DNA of 61,029 nt from Candidatus Omnitrophota bacterium (GTDB lineage: Bacteria; Omnitrophota; Gorgyraeia; B26-G9; JBDRCZ01). The notes under the pieces were generated by a model, which was given only the letters and a program-made list of their open reading frames with translations, had not been told where the DNA came from and made no database searches. A program made the translations under genes and the position numbers. This document shows, in pieces, positions 44,924 to 52,888 of this stretch (position 1 is its first letter; the number at the start of each line of letters is the position of its first letter). The stretch spans positions 1-61,029 of the forward strand of contig JBDRCZ010000115.1 of assembly GCA_043821285.1 (NCBI GenBank), written 5' to 3'.

Positions 44924-45852
44924 GAAATATCTCCCTCCTCTAAAAGCGCCTGGTAAAGCAGCGGGATATTTATCTCATGGTGCCCGATTATATAATAGCC
45001 GCGACCACCGCAAGCAACCGGACGCGATACGATGTTTTCTGCCGGCCGGTAGTGATAAATCATATCAAAATTAACCGTAGTAAAGTTCGCAACTTTCCTG
45101 CCTAAATTTCGGGCAATGTTCAATGCCTTTAAAAATACCTCCGGCAGGATAACTGCGGACCCGGCATTTACCAAAACCCCGCCGGTTAATCCGGAAACAA
45201 TCTCCACAAGTTTATAAAAATCAGCCATCGAAGTTTTTCCGATTGCCGCGCCATTACAACTTGGGTGCTGATGAATAATATCTGTACCTAAAGCCACATG
45301 TACTGTTAAAGGAATTTTTAATTTGTACGCTGAGGCCAAAATACTAAGCCCTCGCTGCGGCAGACGCTTATTCAATATCATCCTGCCCACTGCCTCCCCC
45401 AGCCCCGCGCCAGACTCTGCCCCTTTTTTAATCGCCTCATTTATAAATACCGCTGTTTCTTCGGCCATGCCAAACAAACCTTTATCTAATGCCGCAGCAA
45501 CATCTTCCGAGGTCTTGCCAATCAGAGATAGTTCAAAATCATGAATTATTCCGGCACCGTTTAAACAAACTGTGGTAATATACCCCTTTTTCATTAAATC
45601 AATAATAATTGGATTAAGTCCGCATTTAATCGTATGCGCACCGAGCATAAATATGACCGGTTTTTTGTTTTTACGCGCCTGGATAATCCAAGAAACAATG
45701 CTTTTGAAACTGCGGGCTGCTAAAATATCCGGCAGGATACGATAGAATTTTCGAAAGCTTGCATTTTTTCTGCTGGTTTTTGCAAATTCTCTAATATTTA
45801 CTTTACTTTTGCGTTTTTTAATTGAACATGTCTTAATCTTTGATATATCCAT
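44920..45852 (-). CDS. Deoxyhypusine-synthase-like (DS family) protein, function unknown
   Basis: 310 aa. FMLGAHTIKCGLNPIIIDLMKKGYITTVCLNGAGIIHDFE resembles the Rossmann core of DS-family proteins. Assignment from memory of the family pattern only. Confidence 0.35.
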   Translation of the reverse strand: MDISKIKTCSIKKRKSKVNIREFAKTSRKNASFRKFYRILPDILAARSFKSIVSWIIQARKNKKPVIFMLGAHTIKCGLNPIIIDLMKKGYITTVCLNGAGIIHDFELSLIGKTSEDVAAALDKGLFGMAEETAVFINEAIKKGAESGAGLGEAVGRMILNKRLPQRGLSILASAYKLKIPLTVHVALGTDIIHQHPSCNGAAIGKTSMADFYKLVEIVSGLTGGVLVNAGSAVILPEVFLKALNIARNLGRKVANFTTVNFDMIYHYRPAENIVSRPVACGGRGYYIIGHHEINIPLLYQALLEEGDIS

Positions 45853-45920
45853 AAATTACAGCCTTCGGCATTAATTTATCAACAACCTTTTCTTTTTAAG
45901 AAAAGGTTGGCCAAAAGAAA
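45853..45920 (-). promoter_or_regulatory. Structured leader shared with 50743-50815
   Basis: Sense strand: AACCTTTTCTT-AAA-AAGAAAAGGTT hairpin, then GATAAATTAATGCCGAAGGCTGTAATTTATG. The 30 nt next to the ATG match the GT4 gene leader with 1 mismatch. Confidence 0.6.
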
Positions 45921-46092
45921 TTTCCATAGAAATAAATTTTTTATTTTTCATGTATATTTTGTTAATTGACTCTGTGTTAAAAACACAATGTATTATTTCA
46001 AATAGCATTGATCTCACTTTTTTTATCCGCGCGGCGGATAAGGATTATTTTTGCGTAGCAAAAATAAATTATAACACCCCCAAAAAAACCTG

Positions 46093-46896
46093 TCAATTTA
46101 TTTTCCTGAGATATGCAACCGGATTGCCAAAAAAACTATATCCTTTAATTAACACCGGCACCCTGTTCGTGTCCGTGCTAAACCAGATCAGCACCCTCAC
46201 CCGTTTAAATAACTTATTATCTTTCAATAATCTTGCTACCGGCTGTACCAAAAACGTACCATAATTACCTAACGGTACCGATATTTTCCCTCTTTTAAGA
46301 ACCCTCATTGCGACTTCCCAGTCTTTCTTTGGCGTAGAAACATTAAATTTTACCGGTTCATAAAGATTAATTCTTTTCGTACGGAACTTGTAAAAACAGC
46401 TTACAGCATCAAAGGCTGCCGGGGGAATTTCACGGTCAATGTTTATTTTGTTTTTTTCATTCCTTATCCCGTGGCTCTTTAGGCGGTTATTTTTCTGATC
46501 AAAAATAACAATCTGGCTGCTGGATTTTGTGGATTGAGAAATTATTATTTCACTTTTTATCGGATAAAATGTTTCTTTCTCAATATATGTATCAATTGTA
46601 TCATCGATTTTGTAGAAAAATGAAAAAAAAGCATTCGTACGCGCTGTAAACACCAAATGATATGCCTCGTGTTCGCCAATTTTAACTAACTCCTTAACTT
46701 CGGTTATGCATTCGCCAATTTCAACTCCCCACATCTTAACCTGATAAACCAATCTTTCCCCAACCCGTAAAGATTCCAAATAAGGTAAAACATCTTCAAT
46801 CACTCTTATTTCCCTATCGGGTATGGTTTCTCTAATCATTGTACAGCCGGAAATTAAAAACAATAGTATTACTATTATAATAATTTTAAGACGCAT
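46093..46896 (-). CDS. Lipoprotein, DUF3108-like
   Basis: Lipobox LFLISGC at the N-terminus. The beta-rich body (LVYQVKMWGVEIGECITEV...) resembles DUF3108. Confidence 0.5.
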   Translation of the reverse strand: MRLKIIIIVILLFLISGCTMIRETIPDREIRVIEDVLPYLESLRVGERLVYQVKMWGVEIGECITEVKELVKIGEHEAYHLVFTARTNAFFSFFYKIDDTIDTYIEKETFYPIKSEIIISQSTKSSSQIVIFDQKNNRLKSHGIRNEKNKINIDREIPPAAFDAVSCFYKFRTKRINLYEPVKFNVSTPKKDWEVAMRVLKRGKISVPLGNYGTFLVQPVARLLKDNKLFKRVRVLIWFSTDTNRVPVLIKGYSFFGNPVAYLRKIN

Positions 46897-47878
46897 TATT
46901 CACCAAAACCTTCCTTGCCAAGGTCAAAATGTAATTCTTATCTATCTCTTTCATGCATTTATAGCCAATCCGGCAGTTACCATGACCACATGGACTGCAG
47001 GCAATTTTTGAAGAGACAATAAAATTTTTACCCGTCAGCGGCGCAAATTTAGCCGGATCTGTCGGTCCAAATATGGCAATCATCGGCACCCCCGCCGCCC
47101 AGCCGAGGTGCATTGGGGCAGTATCATTGGTAATTAAAAGGCGGGACTTTCTGAAAAATACCACAAGTTCGCGAATTGTCGTCTTACCAGATAAATCCAC
47201 TGCCTCTGTCTTCATCAACGTTAAAATATTGCGAATAACTGACTGATCATTTATACTCCCCAGCATTACAACTTTAACGCCGTTTATTTCATTTAACCTG
47301 TCCGCAACAAAGGCAAACCCTTGTTCCCGCCATCTTTTTGCCCGGCTTTTTGAACCAGGGCAAATCACGGCAATCTTTTTGTCTAAAAGATTATGTTTTT
47401 CAAGGATCCCGGCTACTTGTTTATCGTCTTTTAAAGACGTGCAAATATCAGGACTAATCGTCTCGGGAAAAGACAGTCCCAAGGATTTTAACTTGTCCAG
47501 ATGCTCACATGCCTTATGTTTAATATGCGCCGGTATCGGTAAAAAAGGTAAATTCCGGTATTTTGTCCCAATGATGTATGGCCAGAGTGTATTTCTAAAA
47601 TCAACAACTAAATCAATCGACTTACGCCTTAGGGTAAATACCAGTTTTAATTTGTCTTTTAACGGTGCATGTTTATTGTAGATAATAATCTCCTCAACCT
47701 GTTGATCTGCCGTGAATAGTTCCCGTCCTTCCGGCCCGACAAGGATTGTAATTTTTGCCGGCAAAAATTCCTGTTTTATCCTCTCTATTGCCGGGGTAGT
47801 TAAAACAATGTCCCCGATATTGGTCAGACTTACAATAAATATTTTTCTAATATTATTTTTTTCGATCATTTTCGACAA
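46886..47878 (-). CDS. Glycosyltransferase family 9 (LPS heptosyltransferase)
   Basis: KIFIVSLTNIGDIVLTTPAIERIK N-terminus and DTAPMHLGWAAGVPMIAIFGPT C-terminal block. Confidence 0.8.
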   Translation of the reverse strand: MSKMIEKNNIRKIFIVSLTNIGDIVLTTPAIERIKQEFLPAKITILVGPEGRELFTADQQVEEIIIYNKHAPLKDKLKLVFTLRRKSIDLVVDFRNTLWPYIIGTKYRNLPFLPIPAHIKHKACEHLDKLKSLGLSFPETISPDICTSLKDDKQVAGILEKHNLLDKKIAVICPGSKSRAKRWREQGFAFVADRLNEINGVKVVMLGSINDQSVIRNILTLMKTEAVDLSGKTTIRELVVFFRKSRLLITNDTAPMHLGWAAGVPMIAIFGPTDPAKFAPLTGKNFIVSSKIACSPCGHGNCRIGYKCMKEIDKNYILTLARKVLVNNAS

Positions 47879-48869
47879 TCTCTAAAATATCACTTGCCGA
47901 AATAGCACCCATACACTTATAGTCTCGACAATCAAATTTATAACAAGGCACCTTGCATCCAACATCTTTCTTAATAACCGCAAAATTACCCGCGCCATAT
48001 GGACCGGTTATTTTAGAGGAAGTTGGACCAAAAAGGGCAATTACCTTTGGCCGCTTTACGGCCAGCGCAATATGCATGGGTCCGGAATCTGCACTAATAA
48101 CATAATCGGCCTGCTGCATTAATGCGGCAAGCTGTTTTAGATTAGTTCGCCCGGCAAGATTCAGCGATTTTTCTTCCATCAGATTGGCAATCTCTGCACC
48201 AAGGCCAAGATCCTTTGGTGCTCCGGAAATAATAATCCGCGCCTTGAAACGTCTAACCAACTCATCCCCCAGCTTGGCAAACTTCTCTTTACCCCATCGT
48301 TTTGGCGGCCAGTTCCCCCCCGGATTTAATACCACGATTAAATCATTATTTGTTATTCCGGCTTTTTTAAGCAGTCCCTCGACACTATCTTTTGCATTCT
48401 CCGGTATAAAAAACTCATAATCTTTATCTGCCGTATCATATCCTTGGGCGCGAACAATATTTAAAAAATGTTCAACACGATGTAAAGCATTGCCCGAAAA
48501 AGGCAGCGCACGGGTCAATAAAAACCCTCTCCCCTTAGTATTATAGCCCACTCTTACCGGAATACCTGCAAAATACGCAATCAGCGCTCTGGTAAAAGAA
48601 CGATGAAAAATATATACCTCGTCAAATTTATCCAAACGCAATTGTTTGATTAAGCCGAATTTCGCCAGGAGGCTTTTGTGTTTTCCCCTTTCATCATAAA
48701 CAATCAACTGATCAATATGCGGATTATCCTGCAAGATTTCATAGCAGCGCGGAACAGTCATACAGGTAATCTGCGCCTTGGGAATAGTCTCTTTTAATGC
48801 CCTTATTGCCGGAGTAGAAAACAAACTATCTCCCAGCCAGTTAATATTAACAACTAAAATCTTTTTCAT
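47853..48869 (-). CDS. Glycosyltransferase family 9 (LPS heptosyltransferase, WaaF-like)
   Basis: KILVVNINWLGDSLFSTPAIRALK and DSGPMHIALAVKRPKVIALFGPT. Start moved to ATG 48869, which overlaps the upstream stop (ATGA). Confidence 0.8.
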   Translation of the reverse strand: MKKILVVNINWLGDSLFSTPAIRALKETIPKAQITCMTVPRCYEILQDNPHIDQLIVYDERGKHKSLLAKFGLIKQLRLDKFDEVYIFHRSFTRALIAYFAGIPVRVGYNTKGRGFLLTRALPFSGNALHRVEHFLNIVRAQGYDTADKDYEFFIPENAKDSVEGLLKKAGITNNDLIVVLNPGGNWPPKRWGKEKFAKLGDELVRRFKARIIISGAPKDLGLGAEIANLMEEKSLNLAGRTNLKQLAALMQQADYVISADSGPMHIALAVKRPKVIALFGPTSSKITGPYGAGNFAVIKKDVGCKVPCYKFDCRDYKCMGAISASDILEIVENDRKK

Positions 48870-49642
48870 TTTTTTCTTATCTCTTTTATCCAGGTATAAT
48901 ACCCGCTGCATTGGAACCAAAAGACAAGCAAATTATCGCCGGTTGCCGATATGCGTAATCGTTTAATAAAGTAAGGATGACGGCTGGAAAATCTCTTCCC
49001 GGGATTTGTTGCGCAGGCGCCAAGGTACCCGGCCCGCTGAACAATACTGACAACTTTTTGGTTAAAGGCACCCAGCGGATAAGCAATAAAATCTATCGGC
49101 TTTTTAAGACGGTTTTCCAGCAAGCTTTTTGAATAGATCACTTCTCTTCTAATCTTTTCATCACTTAAATCTGGCAGCTCTGGATGGGTCATGGTATGAC
49201 TGCCAAAGGTAATGCCATGCTCGGCCATTTCCAGAATCTCATCCCAGTTAAGGTATCCTTTTTTACCAATAAAATCAACAATTAAAAAAATCGTCGCGGA
49301 AAGATTATGTTTTTTTAGTACCGGATAAGCATTTTTATAAAGATCGGCATATCCATCATCAAATGTAATTGCGACATTTTTCCCGTGCCGCGTTTGTTTA
49401 TTTTTCATTAAATCAATAACTTGATTAAGGCTGATAATATTATAATCCTTATTGATTAAAAATTCTATCTGTCTTTTAAAACTCTCAGGGGAAACACTTA
49501 GCTTGTCGGTTTTTTCTGCCGGGGCAACATGATGATACATCAGCACGGGAATTACATACCTTGCCCGTACGGAAATAACCGCGGCAGTTATAACCACGAT
49601 GATTAGCGATATCTTTATTAAAGCTCTGGGTTTATATTTCAT
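48866..49642 (-). CDS. Polysaccharide deacetylase (NodB homology) with N-terminal TM anchor
   Basis: VLMYHHV, ITFDDGYADLY, FGSHTMTHPEL. Confidence 0.82.
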   Translation of the reverse strand: MKYKPRALIKISLIIVVITAAVISVRARYVIPVLMYHHVAPAEKTDKLSVSPESFKRQIEFLINKDYNIISLNQVIDLMKNKQTRHGKNVAITFDDGYADLYKNAYPVLKKHNLSATIFLIVDFIGKKGYLNWDEILEMAEHGITFGSHTMTHPELPDLSDEKIRREVIYSKSLLENRLKKPIDFIAYPLGAFNQKVVSIVQRAGYLGACATNPGKRFSSRHPYFIKRLRISATGDNLLVFWFQCSGYYTWIKEIRKK

Positions 49643-50742
49643 TGCAATAACTCCTCATAAGTCTTGATAACGTTATCGGACATTTCTTTCAAAGAAAATT
49701 TTTCCCTCATAAACTGTTTGCCGCTTTCGGCAAAACTTTGTCTTAATTTTTCATCATTTAAAAGCAGCATTATCTTTTCCGCAAGTATTTCTGGATTGCG
49801 CGGCTCAACTAAAAAACCGGTCTTGCCATCCTTAATGATACTATAAATGCCGCCAACATTAGAAGCCACTACCGGTACCCCGGCCGCGCTTGCCTCCATT
49901 GCCGCCAACCCCAGCCCTTCTTGTAACGAGGGCAGCACAAAAACATCCATAACCTTTAACGGTTCTAACGTATTAAAAAGTGTTGGCAAAAACACTACAT
50001 TTTTTTCAATCCTCAGGTTTTTCGTCTGCTGAATTAAATTATATTTTTCTTCACCGTCACCGATGATTAAAAAATAAACATCGTTTATTTTGGATAAAAT
50101 AATTGCCGCCGCTTCCAGCAGATACTTGTGTCCTTTTACCGAAGAAAGCCGCGCAATAATCCCGACAACAAAACGCGCCCGGCGGTCTATGCTGATTTGT
50201 TCCTTGTTTTGCCCAATCTCATCCCGGTTAAACTCCCGGCTGAACTTTTCAACATCCACCCCGTTAGTTATAAGCTTTACCTTTTCTTTTTTTATTTTAA
50301 AATCATTAACCAGATGTTCACGTACGGCATTGCTTATGGCAAAAACTTTCTCCCCCCAGCAGGGAAATATCTTTCTTCCCCATTTAACCTTGAAAAATCC
50401 ATGACAAGTACTTACAAAACTAATCCGGTTTAGTTTTGATACAAAATATGAAACTACCTGGGTAACCCGCGTCTGTGCATGGATAATATCAATATCATGT
50501 TCTGCCGCATAATTTAAGACACTAATAATTGCCGGGATCACTTTCGGACTAAGCTCAGATTTCGTCTTTATATCAACATACAGGTGTTCGATGCCGTACG
50601 AGTTAAGCAGCGGCAGCATCTCTCCCCCGGCAGAAGCAACCCAAACATTTATCCCGCGCTGTTTTAACATTCTCGCCAGGGACAGGGTATATGCGGTAAT
50701 CCCGCCACAATTAAAATGTGTTGTAAATAGTAATATGTTCAT
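49639..50742 (-). CDS. Glycosyltransferase family 4 (GT-B)
   Basis: 367 aa. GGITAY N-terminus and C-terminal LPSLQEGLGLAAMEASAAGVPVVASNVGG (E-x7-E region). Confidence 0.8.
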   Translation of the reverse strand: MNILLFTTHFNCGGITAYTLSLARMLKQRGINVWVASAGGEMLPLLNSYGIEHLYVDIKTKSELSPKVIPAIISVLNYAAEHDIDIIHAQTRVTQVVSYFVSKLNRISFVSTCHGFFKVKWGRKIFPCWGEKVFAISNAVREHLVNDFKIKKEKVKLITNGVDVEKFSREFNRDEIGQNKEQISIDRRARFVVGIIARLSSVKGHKYLLEAAAIILSKINDVYFLIIGDGEEKYNLIQQTKNLRIEKNVVFLPTLFNTLEPLKVMDVFVLPSLQEGLGLAAMEASAAGVPVVASNVGGIYSIIKDGKTGFLVEPRNPEILAEKIMLLLNDEKLRQSFAESGKQFMREKFSLKEMSDNVIKTYEELLQ

Positions 50743-50815
50743 AAATTACTGCCTTCGGCATTAATTTATCCGCGGCCTTTTCTTTTACAAAGAAAAGGCC
50801 GACAAAAAGAAAAAA
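50743..50815 (-). promoter_or_regulatory. Structured leader shared with 45853-45920
   Basis: Sense strand: CGGCCTTTTCTTT-GTAA-AAGAAAAGGCCG hairpin (50773-50801), then GATAAATTAATGCCGAAGGCAGTAATTTATG. The stem base differs from the other copy by paired changes (GGCC vs AACC/GGTT). Confidence 0.6.
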
Positions 50816-50818
50816 ATT

Positions 50819-52888
50819 CTATGGGGCTAAAAACCTATCTATTGCTGTAATTACCTCTTGCGGGGTAATTTCCTTCATGCATCTTCTGCTGCGGCATTTA
50901 GGTTTATAACATGGTCTGCAAGACAAAGTCTTTTCTAAAATAATACAATTTTTTGCCGGTGGAGCGTGGCGCAACGGTGAAGTCGGGCCAAATAATGCAA
51001 CAAAATTAACGTTCATCGCCGCGGCCACATGCATCGCCGCAGAATCACAACAAATAAATACCCTGCATCTTTCAACAAGTGCGGCAAACTCTAAAATCTT
51101 GGTTTTCCCACAGGCAATAATTGGTTTTGTATCCGCCGCCCTGGCAATTTCCTGCGCCAGCGGCAATTCTTCCCTGGTTCCAGCAATCACGACCCTGGCA
51201 TGATATTTACCGGCCAGTAAATCACAGACACGCGCGGCAAAATCTGCCGGCCATCGCTTGCTTTGCCAGCGCGGGCTAGAAAAAATACTCATGCCGATGA
51301 GCAGTTGACGATCCGTAAGCCATTCCCCGGCGAAAAGCTTTTCAATCTTTTCCCGATCGCGCACTGCCGGCCAAAGCTTAAGCTGATGATCATCATCTTT
51401 TATCCCTAAAAGACTAAGCAGCCGTAATTGATGGTTGACCGGTGGAATATTCTTAAAATTATTTTTTATCCGATGATTTAATAAAAACCCAAATTTTCGG
51501 TCATAACCATATCGGTCATTAGCCAAAGACAAAAATGAAAGCAGATGCGAACGCTTACTATTCTGCAGGTCAATAACAATGTCAAAATACTGCTGCCGGA
51601 GATGTTGGGAAAATTTAAAAATTTCAAAAAGATCATTTTTTTGCTTCCAGATCATCACCTCATCAATATACGGACAATGTTGAAAAACATCCTTAAACCG
51701 TACATCTACCAGTACGGAAATATGCGCATCGGGATATTTATGACGTAAGGCACGGATACTTGGAATACTTAAAATCACATCACCCAGCGCACTCATTTTA
51801 ATTACCAGTATCCTTTGTACCTTTATTACCTCCTCATAGACCTGTATTGTCTGCGTGAGCATTTTGTTCAGAGAAAAATTTTTACGGATATTATCCCGCG
51901 CGTTTTCTCTCAATTTGCGGCAGAGATTATGATCGCGGTATAATCTTAACACTGCCCTGGTGATTGCATCATGATCAGCCGGCGGCACAAGTAGTCCGGT
52001 TTTTCCGTCCGCAACTATATCAACAACCCCGCCTACTTTTGTGGCAATAACACAAACCCCGCAGGCACCGGCCTCAATTAATACCCGGCCAAAAGCCTCG
52101 GGGGTTATCGTCGGCAGTACCAAGACATCAAGTGCCGATATAATGTTTTCTATATCATCCTGCGTGTCTTGAAATTCAACATATTCCGCAACATTCAGCT
52201 CCTTGACCAAATCCCATATTTTCTTCCGGTACGAACGTTTTTTGTCAGATCCGCCTCCAACGATTAAAACCCTGAGATTGGCTATTTCTTTAACTAATCC
52301 TGGCAGCGCCCGGATAAAATATATATGCCCCTTAATCGGGGTAAGCCGTGCAATTATCCCAATGGTGAATTTAGGCGATTTTTTTTCTTGAGGCCTAAAT
52401 TTCTTTAAATCTACTCCGCGGTGAATAAGACAGATGCGCTCTGTGGGAACATGAAAATTATCAATCATGTGCCGGCCAACGGCATTGGAAATAACAATCA
52501 CCTTCTTCCCCCACCCCATAACCCGGCTGATAAAATGCCGGCGGTAATATCCGTGGCAGGTCGTAACAAATTTAACTCTGATAATCTTTGCCGCAAAAAA
52601 CCCAATTATTGCCGGCACACGCGAACGCGCATGCACAATATCAATCTTTTCTTTTTTAATTATTCGGCAAACTTTAGGGATTGTCAGCAGTATCGTACGT
52701 ATTGATTTCTCATGGACCGGAAGTTTATAATGTCTTCCCCCCCCCGCCTGTAAAGAGTCAACCAGCCGGCCGCCATTTGAGATAACCACTGCCTTGTGCC
52801 TCTGCTTCGTTAAAAAACAAGCAAGCTCCACGGTCCCCCTTTCAACACCACCAACATTTAACTCTGGCACGATCTGTAATATATTCAC
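50819..52888 (-). CDS. Fusion protein: N-terminal GT4 glycosyltransferase plus C-terminal GT9 heptosyltransferase
   Basis: Residues ~1-345 are GT4 (GGVERG..., PTITPEAFGRVLIEAGACGVCVIATKVGG). Residues ~350-689 are GT9 (RILVIKMSALGDVILSIPSIRALR..., CDSAAMHVAAAMNVNFVALFGPT). Confidence 0.8.
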   Translation of the reverse strand: MNILQIVPELNVGGVERGTVELACFLTKQRHKAVVISNGGRLVDSLQAGGGRHYKLPVHEKSIRTILLTIPKVCRIIKKEKIDIVHARSRVPAIIGFFAAKIIRVKFVTTCHGYYRRHFISRVMGWGKKVIVISNAVGRHMIDNFHVPTERICLIHRGVDLKKFRPQEKKSPKFTIGIIARLTPIKGHIYFIRALPGLVKEIANLRVLIVGGGSDKKRSYRKKIWDLVKELNVAEYVEFQDTQDDIENIISALDVLVLPTITPEAFGRVLIEAGACGVCVIATKVGGVVDIVADGKTGLLVPPADHDAITRAVLRLYRDHNLCRKLRENARDNIRKNFSLNKMLTQTIQVYEEVIKVQRILVIKMSALGDVILSIPSIRALRHKYPDAHISVLVDVRFKDVFQHCPYIDEVMIWKQKNDLFEIFKFSQHLRQQYFDIVIDLQNSKRSHLLSFLSLANDRYGYDRKFGFLLNHRIKNNFKNIPPVNHQLRLLSLLGIKDDDHQLKLWPAVRDREKIEKLFAGEWLTDRQLLIGMSIFSSPRWQSKRWPADFAARVCDLLAGKYHARVVIAGTREELPLAQEIARAADTKPIIACGKTKILEFAALVERCRVFICCDSAAMHVAAAMNVNFVALFGPTSPLRHAPPAKNCIILEKTLSCRPCYKPKCRSRRCMKEITPQEVITAIDRFLAP

